Origin: an uncultured Lentisphaeraceae bacterium
Lineage (GTDB): Bacteria > Verrucomicrobiota > Kiritimatiellia > RFP12 > UBA1067
DNA length: 64,000 bases
NCBI GenBank assembly: GCA_964636295.1
Contig: CAZWQY010000006.1
Coordinates: 10,486 to 74,485 of the forward strand
Reading direction: 5' to 3'
The position numbers and the translations under genes are program-made. Shown one piece after another: positions 16,930-25,924 of the stretch. The notes under the pieces were generated by a model. It worked only from the letters and a program-made list of their open reading frames with translations. It had not been told where the DNA came from and made no database searches. How positions within the stretch are numbered: position 1 is the first letter of the stretch; each line of letters begins with the position of its first letter.

Positions 16930-17478
16930 TTTCCCCGGCTCCTTGGAGACAGCCGATGGTGCTGGACAATCCTTTGGGTGACAAGATGCGAAGAGGCGGC
17001 GACCTCGACCGCCGCCAGATTTTTGGTATGATTCTTTGATTAACCACGAATTGCACGGATTTTCACGGAGTGGGGCGGCTTGTTTGACAGGGTTTGGCGT
17101 AAGATGATATACTTCGCGCATCGTTCTTTGACAGCGGCGAGCGTGGACAGACGCTTGCCACCGGCCAGAGGCGAATTTCAATAAAATAGGGAAAAAGGCC
17201 AGCCCTCTGTTTCGTATTCTATTGTAGTTTGCTGATGGCAAAACCTTTGATTCTTGGCCGCACATCGGGCTGAGAGGAGGAGGACTCGCGGAAACCCATC
17301 CGAGGCCCGCGAGGCGTACGCAGTCTTGCGTATTTGGCTTTGCTCGAAAATCGACCAAATCTTCAACCAAAAGCCGAATATGTAAGATGCGTCGCGTGAT
17401 CGCTCACGCGGCGTGTCTTCTATTTTCGTGTTTTTGGTTAGGCGCTTGGTCGTGCCTTCGAGCAGAACATGAGTTGTG

Positions 17479-17564
17479 AAGACACGCCGCTCCTTATTTC
17501 CCGCGCGTGGCGGTTGTGTCTTGACTAGATCGGCGCGGGAAATCGTTTGGACATCTTTGTCCAA
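17479..17564 (+). promoter_or_regulatory. Structured 5' leader of the island-2 operon with overlapping alternative hairpins
   Basis: AAGACAC (17479-85) pairs with GTGTCTT (17516-22). ATTTCCCGCG (17496-505) pairs with CGCGGGAAAT (17534-43). TTGGACA (17547-53) pairs with TGTCCAA (17558-64). Confidence 0.4.
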
Positions 17565-17584
17565 GCGTAAAACGGGATGCGGAA

Positions 17585-18787
17585 ATGAAGATTGTGGTAT
17601 CGATCGCAATCGTTTGTGCGGCGGGACTGTGGGTTGTCTGGTATAGGGCTGAAGCGGCCAAGCAGGAGCGGGCGGAACAGCGGCAGCAACAGCGAGAAGC
17701 GCAGGCTCGACAGGAAAAGCAAGAAGCGGAGCGGCGGGCGGAGGACGCACGTATCCAACGGGAGCGGCTGGCGGACGTTGCAAAGGAAGATGCCGTCAAG
17801 TTGTTCCTGCGTTATGTCGAGAAGGAAGAAGACCGATTGAAAGAATTCATTGAAGAAGCCAAGTTGATATGCGAAACGATTGCCGTCGATCAACAAAGCC
17901 TTTCGGATGAACTTGTTGTGATCGGACGGCAGAATGAGGGAGAGGCGGCCGCCAGTAGACAACGTGGGGAGAAGCGGAGGGACGAGGTCGAGTACGTGAA
18001 GCGGCTTTTGCGCTCACCTGTCCTCAACCGCTTGGCAGAGACCTATCTAGGCGAAGACCTATCGGCGATGCGTGCGGAGTTTCAGAATCAGATCGGAACG
18101 TTAACGGGTCTTCGTGACGATCTCACGAATCGGCGTGCGGCAAATCAACGCGCGTATGAAGCGGCCATTGGATCGGTTGACGACGATGTGAACAAGAAGA
18201 GCAAAATGGCACAGGAAAAGAGCAAGGAAACGCGAGAACACATCGAGAGCAATATGCGCGTTTTGGAATCTCGTGTGGAGGGGTTGCGTCAGAGAATCAG
18301 GAAACTTGAGACCAAAGTCGGCAAGTCCGCTTGGGACAATCGTGCGTTGGAGCGGCTGCGCAAGGAGTTGGAGGTCGCCGAGTTGCGGTTGTCGCATTAT
18401 CGAGACGTTGAAGGACTGTCTTCCGTCAACAGATTGCAGAACGAGGCCTTGTTGGCGGAGACGCGCGCGCGTCGTGCGCATGACACCGCGTTGGATGCGC
18501 GAACTCGCGCGGACGATGAAGCGTTGGCGGCGTATACGCATGAAATGGGAATCTACACGGAAGCGTCTCGGTTCGAGGATCGTTCCCTTGATGCCATTCG
18601 CACGGCCATGCGGCGACGGCAAGACCTATTGGCCGTTCAGATGTCGGATGCACGGCATAAATTGGCGTTCCTCAAGGAGTCATCGACGAATATCGATTTC
18701 CTCAAGGCGGATGAAGTCGAGGATATGCGTCGGAAGATTGCCAAGCGGTTGAGCGTTCAGGTCATGGGCGAAGAGGAGGCGAAATGA
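17585..18787 (+). CDS. Hypothetical N-terminally anchored all-coiled-coil protein (400 aa)
   Basis: TM segment IVVSIAIVCAAGLWVVWY is followed by an ER/K-Q run (AKQERAEQRQQQREAQARQEKQEAERRAEDAR) and heptad-like sequence to the end. Its stop overlaps the next start (ATGA). G+C is lower than in the core. Confidence 0.7.
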   Translation: MKIVVSIAIVCAAGLWVVWYRAEAAKQERAEQRQQQREAQARQEKQEAERRAEDARIQRERLADVAKEDAVKLFLRYVEKEEDRLKEFIEEAKLICETIAVDQQSLSDELVVIGRQNEGEAAASRQRGEKRRDEVEYVKRLLRSPVLNRLAETYLGEDLSAMRAEFQNQIGTLTGLRDDLTNRRAANQRAYEAAIGSVDDDVNKKSKMAQEKSKETREHIESNMRVLESRVEGLRQRIRKLETKVGKSAWDNRALERLRKELEVAELRLSHYRDVEGLSSVNRLQNEALLAETRARRAHDTALDARTRADDEALAAYTHEMGIYTEASRFEDRSLDAIRTAMRRRQDLLAVQMSDARHKLAFLKESSTNIDFLKADEVEDMRRKIAKRLSVQVMGEEEAK

Positions 18788-20052
18788 TTTTCTCGTTGGC
18801 GACATTGTTTGCTTTTGGCGTTGTCATCGGACCTCGTCCAGACGGCATTGTCCGTGATTCGTTTATCCGCGCCGGCGTGACATTAAAGGATTTTGATCGT
18901 TTAACCGAGGGCTCGAGAAGCGGAAAGACACATTATGCAGGGAATGGATCTGGGTTCTTCATCACGGAAGACGGCTACCTTGTGACGAATCATCATGTCA
19001 TTGAAGATGCCGCAGAACTGGTTGTCGTGAAGGATGGCGTTGCATACCTTGCAGACGTGAAGGCCAAGAATCGGGAACTTGATCTTGCGCTGTTGAAGAT
19101 CAATGCCTTCCCGCGTCCGACGGATGGTGTCTTGTACATTCGGGGGTTGCCGCGTTTTGCTCCGCTTTCGTGTTCAGACGAACCGTCGGCTCGTGTCGGT
19201 CAGACGGTTTTAGTCGTGGGTTTCCCGCAGATCGAATTGCAGGGGATAGAACCAAAAGTGACGCGCGGAATTGTTAGTAGTTTGAGTGGGGTTATGGGCG
19301 CAAAAGATCGGTTTCAGATGGATGCGGCCATCCAAGGAGGAAATTCCGGCGGGCCAGTTGTAGATGAATGGGGGCGTCTGATCGGTGTCTCGGTTTCAAG
19401 TTTGATAGTTGGCGAGAATGTGAATTATGCCGTGAACCTCGAAAGTGTCATGCGTTTTCTTCCGAAGGACATTGGATTTCGGTCGTCTGTTCGGCGGCGG
19501 AGGCGCGCCACATCAGATGTCGTAGCGGATGTCATCAAGTCAACGGCCTTGATTCTGAATTATGCTGAAGGTTCTCATGGGAATGTCGAACATCTAGCGT
19601 CGGACGTGGAGCGACGTGAAGCACAGACCGAACTGAGAAAGGGGGTTTTGGCCGCCCGGATGCACAGGCTTCGGCGTGAGTGGCGGGAGCTCAAGCGTGT
19701 GACAGATGCCATCTTGGCACGGCACGGCGAAGTTGACGATGTCCGAGACATGAATGACTTGGCGCGTGACGAGCTGGGGCTTCACCTTGTTCTTGTTGCG
19801 GAGGCGGACGGACGTGACGTGAAAGCCGTTGTTCGTCCCATCTGCGGGTTCAAGGAAGAGGTCGTCGAGTGCGAACGCCCGACAGCCGTCTTTGGTGGGC
19901 GCGAACGGAGAAACTTCCCGGTTGAAGCCGAACTGACGTTTGAAGATGGTGACTGGCTTTGGGCGGGGACGTTCACGTGCGTCTATGATTGGCATGGGAC
20001 GAAGGAAGTCCGGATTAAGATGAAGCGAGTTGGAAAGAAAGGCGATAAATAA
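18784..20052 (+). CDS. S1 (trypsin/HtrA-like) serine protease with an N-terminal anchor and an uncharacterised C-domain instead of PDZ
   Basis: Triad contexts are VTNHHVIED (His), RELDLALLKI (Asp) and GGNSGGPVVD (Ser). Strong SD GAGGAGG precedes the ATG. N-terminal hydrophobic segment IFSLATLFAFGVVIG. The last 170 aa or so are unassigned. Confidence 0.8.
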   Translation: MIFSLATLFAFGVVIGPRPDGIVRDSFIRAGVTLKDFDRLTEGSRSGKTHYAGNGSGFFITEDGYLVTNHHVIEDAAELVVVKDGVAYLADVKAKNRELDLALLKINAFPRPTDGVLYIRGLPRFAPLSCSDEPSARVGQTVLVVGFPQIELQGIEPKVTRGIVSSLSGVMGAKDRFQMDAAIQGGNSGGPVVDEWGRLIGVSVSSLIVGENVNYAVNLESVMRFLPKDIGFRSSVRRRRRATSDVVADVIKSTALILNYAEGSHGNVEHLASDVERREAQTELRKGVLAARMHRLRREWRELKRVTDAILARHGEVDDVRDMNDLARDELGLHLVLVAEADGRDVKAVVRPICGFKEEVVECERPTAVFGGRERRNFPVEAELTFEDGDWLWAGTFTCVYDWHGTKEVRIKMKRVGKKGDK

Positions 20053-21632
20053 TGAATCTCATTTGTGCGGAATGTGGCCGTGAAATGGTTGTTGACGGAA
20101 TGCTTCAGGATGGGGACATCGTGGCTTGTCCGTCGTGCGGATTGGAGACGGAATATCGAAAGCCAAGTCGAATTGCCGTTCCAACAGGCTTTTCGGGTCG
20201 CGGCGGGAAGTCGGAATCGCCAGCAGAATCCCTGAAGGCTCGCCCAAAGTTGCGGGTCATACGCAAGGACACGCCAACGAAAGGCGGAACGCCTATCTCG
20301 AATGTTCCTTTGCCGAACCAGGCTCGTCATGATTTGCCGCCAAAGCCACCGCGTCCGCGTGCGCAAAAGACAGGAGGTTCAGGCGGGGGCGGTTCCGTTT
20401 CCCTGCTTCTTGTCTTGTTGGTGCTCGGTGCGACATATTGGGGGTATCGCACGTTCGTTTCGGAGCGCGCGGACATTGAAGAGCAGCCTGTCACCACGGA
20501 TCAAAAACAGTCGGGTCTGGATGAGGCTGAGAAAGTTCGGCGACAAAAGGCAGAAGAGGAAGAAGCACTCCGTCAACGCGAGCGACAGCGCGAAAAAGAG
20601 CGAAAAGAACGAGAGCGAGCGGAGGCGCGCGCGGAGATGGCGCGGAATGCGGAGGCCGAAAAAGCCAATCGCCAGGCTTATCGTGTGGCGATGGACGCAT
20701 TTTCCGGCAAGAGCAGCTATTTTGCCGTTGGCGTTCCCAAAGATGAGATTCCCGATCCACGGCAAACGGACGAGGCGTTGACGTTTTGGGCGGCGGACAA
20801 GTCGTTTTGTGAGCAAGGGCTGATTTATGAGATTCAGACAGGGGCTGGAGGCATTGCGTCTGTTCGTTCGCTCTCGGCGAGCGGCTCGCCAACGGAGGTT
20901 GGAAAAGACGAGTTTGTTCAGCGCCTGGAATCGGGCGTCTGGGCCGTTTCGACTGGAGAGGCGGTTTGGATTTTGGGGACGGGGAAGTCCGCTCGGCTTG
21001 TTCCGCTCCCGAAAGACAGAGAGGACGTTTGCCCGATGGGCGATGAACTGGGCGAGGCGATGGCTTCGATCATGGCGTTGCACATGAAGTTGCCAGATGT
21101 GCGCTATCGGCTCTCCTTAAAGCCCAAGTCGGGCGGGGAGGGCTTGCCGCTTGGCATCATTTCGGGGCGTGAGCGGCTGCCTTTCGTGCGTATGCGAGAG
21201 GCCGTCAAGAAGGTTGTGGCCGAACGGCAGGCGGCACAGGCTCTTGCCAAGTTGAAGAAGCCAAAAGCCAAGAGGTTCAAGCCGACGGTTATTTTCTACG
21301 ATGGGAGCATTATCTCTAAGAGTTTGAATGGCGTGACGCGCGTTCCAAGGTCATTCACGTATTTGGGCACAAGCCGGGGCAACAACTATTCTCATGTGAA
21401 CGACATTCGGGAGCGTGCCCGAGAGAAATGGGAGAAGATGCGCGCGGAAGCCGAACGTCAAGAGCGAAAGGCGCGCGAGGTCGAGGCGGAAAATGCTGCG
21501 GCTCTACAGGCGTACAAGCGCAAGCGCGCGGAACTGTCGCGCAATGTTGACGTGAGCGATCGGGATGTCGAGGCGGAATTAGCGAGGTATGGGCTGTTGG
21601 TTGAGCGAAGCCGGACGAAGATTCCGGACTAG
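20052..21632 (+). CDS. Zinc-ribbon / single-TM / ER/K coiled-coil protein (526 aa)
   Basis: The N-terminus has CAECG...(19 aa)...CPSCG (a 4-Cys zinc ribbon) and a basic Pro-rich linker. TM segment SVSLLLVLLVLGATYWGY is followed by RQKAEEEEALRQRERQREKERKERERAEARAEMARNAEAEKANRQ. The start overlaps the protease stop (TAATG). Confidence 0.7.
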   Translation: MNLICAECGREMVVDGMLQDGDIVACPSCGLETEYRKPSRIAVPTGFSGRGGKSESPAESLKARPKLRVIRKDTPTKGGTPISNVPLPNQARHDLPPKPPRPRAQKTGGSGGGGSVSLLLVLLVLGATYWGYRTFVSERADIEEQPVTTDQKQSGLDEAEKVRRQKAEEEEALRQRERQREKERKERERAEARAEMARNAEAEKANRQAYRVAMDAFSGKSSYFAVGVPKDEIPDPRQTDEALTFWAADKSFCEQGLIYEIQTGAGGIASVRSLSASGSPTEVGKDEFVQRLESGVWAVSTGEAVWILGTGKSARLVPLPKDREDVCPMGDELGEAMASIMALHMKLPDVRYRLSLKPKSGGEGLPLGIISGRERLPFVRMREAVKKVVAERQAAQALAKLKKPKAKRFKPTVIFYDGSIISKSLNGVTRVPRSFTYLGTSRGNNYSHVNDIRERAREKWEKMRAEAERQERKAREVEAENAAALQAYKRKRAELSRNVDVSDRDVEAELARYGLLVERSRTKIPD

Positions 21633-21655
21633 CGGTTAGTCAGTCTGCTCGGATG

Positions 21656-21664
21656 TGGTATAAT
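21656..21664 (+). promoter_or_regulatory. Extended -10 box TGGTATAAT, 8 nt before the dnaE ATG (leaderless)
   Basis: TGGTATAAT-ACGCCCTC-ATG(21673). Confidence 0.7.
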
Positions 21665-21672
21665 ACGCCCTC

Positions 21673-24600
21673 ATGTCCGACTTCGTCCATCTCCATCTCC
21701 ACACGACCTATTCGCTCCTTGACGGGCAGTGCCAGATCGTGCCGCTCGTGAAGAAGGCGCGCAAGCTCGGCATGCCGGCCCTCGCCGTCACCGACCACGG
21801 CAACCTCTTCGCGCTCAAGAGCTTCTACGACGAGTGCCGCTCGAAAAAGGAGAAGACGTACGGCGACCTCGCCGGCGTGCACGTCAAGCCCATTCTGGGC
21901 TGCGAGGCCTACGTCACCTCGACGGGCGACTACAGGACGCGCGACAAGTCGGAATATCGCCATCACCTCTGCCTCCACGCGATGAACCTGACGGGCTACC
22001 ACAACCTCGTCAAGCTCATCAGCGAAGCCCACATCAACGGCTTCTACATGCGGCCGCGCATCGATCATGCGCTCCTGGAGAAGTACCACGAGGGCCTGCA
22101 CTGCTCCGCCGCGTGCATCGCGGGCGAAGTCGCGCGGGCGATCGACCAGGGCCGCATGGACGAGGCCGAGCGCGTCGCGAAATGGTACAAGGATCTCTTC
22201 GGCGAGAACTACTCGCTGGAGGTCATGCTCCACAAGGCTGCGAAGTCCGGGCCGGACGTTCCGCTGTCCGCGCAGAACGAGTTCGCCGACCTCTACCAGC
22301 GCCAGCTGAAGGTCGTGCGCGGCATGCTCGAACTCGGCAAGAAGCTCGACATCCGCGTCGTCGCGACGAACGACGTCCACTTCCTCGAGGCGGACGACGA
22401 CGACTCGCACGACGTCCTCCTCGCGCTCTCGACGGGCAAGAAGATGTCCGACGAGAAGCGCATGGTCTACACGGGCCAGGAGTACTTCAAGAACGAGGCG
22501 GAGATGCGCGCGCTCTTCGCGGAGAATCCGGAGCTGATCGCGAACACGAAGGAGGTCGCCGACCGCATCGAGGAGTACGACCTCGACTCGCCGCCGATCA
22601 TGCCGAAGTTCGCGATTCCGGTCTCGTTCGGCACGGAAGAGGGCTATGCGAAGGAATTCGACGAGGCGAAGCTGAAGGCCGAGTTCAACGTCCAGAAGGA
22701 AGGCAACTTCGACCGTCTCGGCGGCTACGACAAGGTGCTGCGCATCAAGTTCGAGGCGGACTACCTGGCCGACCTCGTCTGGAAGGGCGCGGCGATCCGC
22801 TGGGGCGACAAGGACGGGCAGGTTCCGGAGTCCGTGCGCGAGCGCGTCCAGTTCGAGCTGGACACGATCAAGCTCATGGGCTTCCCCGGCTACTTCCTCA
22901 TCGTGCGCGACTACATCCGCGCGGCGCGCGAGGAGTGCGGCGTGTGGGTCGGCCCTGGGCGCGGCTCTGCCGCCGGCTCGGCCGTCGCGTACGCGCTCTG
23001 GATCACGAACGTCGATCCGCTCAAGTACGATCTCCTGTTCGAGCGATTCCTGAATCCCGACCGCATCTCGATGCCGGATATCGACGTCGACTTCGACGAC
23101 GCGGGCCGCGAGCGCGTGCTCGACTACGTCACGCGCAAGTACGGCGCCGACCACGTCGCGCACATCGTGACGTTCGGCCAGATGGCCGCGAAGTCGGCGA
23201 TCAAGGACGTCGGGCGCGTGATGGACTATCCGCTCCCCGACACGAACAAGCTCGCTTCCTACGTCCCCGACACGCCGAAGATCAACTTCAAGAAGGCGCG
23301 CAAGGAGTCGCCCGAACTGGAGGCCGCGTTCAACTCCGAAGACCCGGTCGTCCACAAGCTCATGGAGCGTGCGGGGCGGCTGGAGGGCTGCATCCGCCAG
23401 CCGGGCGTCCACGCCTGCGGCGTCATCATCTCGCGCGACCCGATCGCGGAGACGCTGCCCGTCATGCCGACGCCGGAGAAGAGCGGCGCGAAAGGCAAGG
23501 GGAAGGGCGCGGCGGACGGCGCCGGCGCGGAGGACAAGCTCCTGACGACGCAGTACGACGGGCATTTCGTCGAGCCGGTCGGCCTGCTCAAGATGGACTT
23601 CCTCGGACTCAAGACGCTGACGGTCGAGAAGGAGTGCGTCGCGCTCCTCGGCAAGAACAACCCGCGCGTCCCGGAGGCGATCCGCAACGCCGACGGCGAG
23701 CTTGACACCGACAAGATCCCGGACGACGACAAGGAGACGTACGCGCTCTTCGGGCGCGGCGAGACGACGGGCCTCTTCCAGTTCGAGTCGATGGGGATGA
23801 AGAAGTACCTCATGGCGCTCCAGCCCGAGAAGCTGACGGATCTCGTCGCCATGAACGCGCTCTACCGTCCTGGCCCGATGGCGTACATCCCCGACTTCAT
23901 CGACCGCAAGCAGGGGCGCAAGCCCGTCGTCTACGACCACCCGGAGATGGAGAGCCGCCTGAAGGACACGTACGGCATCACCGTCTACCAGGAGCAGGTC
24001 ATGTTGCTCTCGCGCGACCTCGCCGGCTTCACGCGCGGCGAGTCGGACAAGCTCCGCAAGGCCATGGGCAAGAAGCTCATGGACATCATGGCCGAGCTGA
24101 AGGCGAAGTTCATCAAGGGCTGTCTCGCGAACCCGAAGTTCATGACGGGGACGACGACGGTCGAGGGGCGCGCGCTCGACCTCACGAAGGAGGACGACGC
24201 GAAAGTCCTCATCGAGAAGATCTGGAAGGACTGGGAGGCGTTCGCCTCGTATGCGTTCAACAAGTCGCATTCCGTCTGCTACGCCTGGGTCGCCTACCAG
24301 ACGGGCTTCCTGAAGGCGCACTATCCGGCCGAGTTCATGTGCGCGCAGATCTCGTCCGAAATCGGCAACTTCGACAAGCTCCCCGGCTTCGTCGCCGAGG
24401 CGCGCGACATCGGGCTGGAACTCTTGCTGCCGGACGTGAACGAGTCCGGCGCGCGCTTCGTGCCGGCGAAGGGGTCGAAGGGCATCCGCTACGGCCTGGG
24501 CGGCATCAAGGGCGTCGGCAACGCGGCGGCCGAGGCGATCGTCGCCGAGCGCGCGGCGAACGGGCCGTACACGGGATTCCTCGACTTCTGCCTCCGCCTC

Positions 24601-25908
24601 GGCGGCACGAACCTCGTCAACAAGCGCGTCCTCGAGAACCTGACGCGCACGGGCGCGTTCTCGACGCTGGAGCCGAACCGCGCGAAGCTCTTCCTCAACA
24701 TCGAGTACGCGCTCAAGAAGGCGCAGCTGCGCGCGAAGGAGAAGGCGAGCGCGCAGACGAGTTTCTTTGACCTGATGGCGGGCGGCGACGAGAAGGCGGA
24801 CGATTCGGAGCTTGCGGACGCGCCGCCGTTTGCGCCGGCGGAAGACCTCAAGAACGAGCGCGACCTCCTCGGCATCTACATTTCGGGCGACCCGATGGCC
24901 GCGTGCCGCCACTTCCTCGGCGACCTCTCCGTCGTGCACGTCGACCGCGAGGGCGCGGCGAACCTGCCGTTCTCGTTCGACAAGATCGCGAAGAGGCCGA
25001 AGGAGGAGGACGAGGCGGCGCCCGAAGACCCGGTGGCGGAGGATGCCGCGCCGGCGGCGGCCGAGGCGGTGGACGACGAGGACGAGGCGGCGGGCGCGCA
25101 GGCGGAAGACGATGCGTCGATCGAGGGGCTGCTGAAGCAGTCCGATCCGCAGGACTGGCCGCTCAAGTCGATGGCGCGCGGAATCGTCCGCGCGAAGGGC
25201 GAGGTTTCCTGGAGCGACAAGGCGGCGTTCGACAAGGCGGTGAACAAGGAGAAGGCGCGGCTCAAGAAGCGCGTCGATCCGATTCTCCTCAAGAAGCTCG
25301 ACGTGCGGGCCGTCGGCATCCTCACGTCCTGTTCGGTGAAGACGCCGAAGCCGCGTCCCGACGGGACGGTCGGACAGAAGTGGGCGATCCTCGGTCTGGA
25401 CGACGGGTGCGGGCACGCGGAGGGCGCGGCGTTCGCGAAGGTCTGGGAGAAGTGCAGCGCGCTGGAGGCGAAGGTCGATTCGCTCGTCCTCGTCTGCGGC
25501 GAGCTTTCGCACAAGACGACCTACGCGAAGGAGGACGTGCACCGCGAGAATCCGCAGGTCGGCGACCTGAACTTCACGGTCAAGGAGGCGTATCCGCTCG
25601 AAGAGGCGATGCCGCTTCTCTCGCAGGGGCTGCGCCTGCGCCTTTCCTACGACGATCCCGGGCTCAAGAAGAAGGTCGAGGCGATTCGCGCCGTCCTCTT
25701 GAAGAATCCGGGGACGCTTCCCGTCTTCCTCGACTTGCGCTATCCAAACGGGCGCGTCGTCGAGATTGACCTGGGCGCGCAGTTCCGCATTTCGGTGAAC
25801 CTCACGTTCCTCTCGGAGCTGGACAAGGTCGTGCCCGCCGCCGACGCGACGTTCGGACTCGATCCGCGCCTGTCGCTCGAAGTCCGCGAACCGCCGCCGT
25901 GGGCGTGA
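21673..25908 (+). CDS. dnaE: DNA polymerase III alpha subunit
   Basis: PHP domain start FVHLHLHTTYSLLDG, then the polymerase core (MPDIDVDF, HACGVIIS, LKMDFLGL, YQEQVM). An acidic insertion lies near residues 1040-1090. The ATG is 8 nt after TGGTATAAT. Confidence 0.95.
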   Translation: MSDFVHLHLHTTYSLLDGQCQIVPLVKKARKLGMPALAVTDHGNLFALKSFYDECRSKKEKTYGDLAGVHVKPILGCEAYVTSTGDYRTRDKSEYRHHLCLHAMNLTGYHNLVKLISEAHINGFYMRPRIDHALLEKYHEGLHCSAACIAGEVARAIDQGRMDEAERVAKWYKDLFGENYSLEVMLHKAAKSGPDVPLSAQNEFADLYQRQLKVVRGMLELGKKLDIRVVATNDVHFLEADDDDSHDVLLALSTGKKMSDEKRMVYTGQEYFKNEAEMRALFAENPELIANTKEVADRIEEYDLDSPPIMPKFAIPVSFGTEEGYAKEFDEAKLKAEFNVQKEGNFDRLGGYDKVLRIKFEADYLADLVWKGAAIRWGDKDGQVPESVRERVQFELDTIKLMGFPGYFLIVRDYIRAAREECGVWVGPGRGSAAGSAVAYALWITNVDPLKYDLLFERFLNPDRISMPDIDVDFDDAGRERVLDYVTRKYGADHVAHIVTFGQMAAKSAIKDVGRVMDYPLPDTNKLASYVPDTPKINFKKARKESPELEAAFNSEDPVVHKLMERAGRLEGCIRQPGVHACGVIISRDPIAETLPVMPTPEKSGAKGKGKGAADGAGAEDKLLTTQYDGHFVEPVGLLKMDFLGLKTLTVEKECVALLGKNNPRVPEAIRNADGELDTDKIPDDDKETYALFGRGETTGLFQFESMGMKKYLMALQPEKLTDLVAMNALYRPGPMAYIPDFIDRKQGRKPVVYDHPEMESRLKDTYGITVYQEQVMLLSRDLAGFTRGESDKLRKAMGKKLMDIMAELKAKFIKGCLANPKFMTGTTTVEGRALDLTKEDDAKVLIEKIWKDWEAFASYAFNKSHSVCYAWVAYQTGFLKAHYPAEFMCAQISSEIGNFDKLPGFVAEARDIGLELLLPDVNESGARFVPAKGSKGIRYGLGGIKGVGNAAAEAIVAERAANGPYTGFLDFCLRLGGTNLVNKRVLENLTRTGAFSTLEPNRAKLFLNIEYALKKAQLRAKEKASAQTSFFDLMAGGDEKADDSELADAPPFAPAEDLKNERDLLGIYISGDPMAACRHFLGDLSVVHVDREGAANLPFSFDKIAKRPKEEDEAAPEDPVAEDAAPAAAEAVDDEDEAAGAQAEDDASIEGLLKQSDPQDWPLKSMARGIVRAKGEVSWSDKAAFDKAVNKEKARLKKRVDPILLKKLDVRAVGILTSCSVKTPKPRPDGTVGQKWAILGLDDGCGHAEGAAFAKVWEKCSALEAKVDSLVLVCGELSHKTTYAKEDVHRENPQVGDLNFTVKEAYPLEEAMPLLSQGLRLRLSYDDPGLKKKVEAIRAVLLKNPGTLPVFLDLRYPNGRVVEIDLGAQFRISVNLTFLSELDKVVPAADATFGLDPRLSLEVREPPPWA

Positions 25909-25924
25909 GGCGCGGGCCTCGATT

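Noticed and set aside
16995-17022. Terminator-like hairpin GGCGGCG...CGCCGCC followed by AGATTTTT on the plus strand, upstream of the RAYT-like gene.
   Set aside because: No plus-strand gene ends upstream of it and the stem is imperfect. It could be a remnant or chance structure, and the support is insufficient to annotate it.
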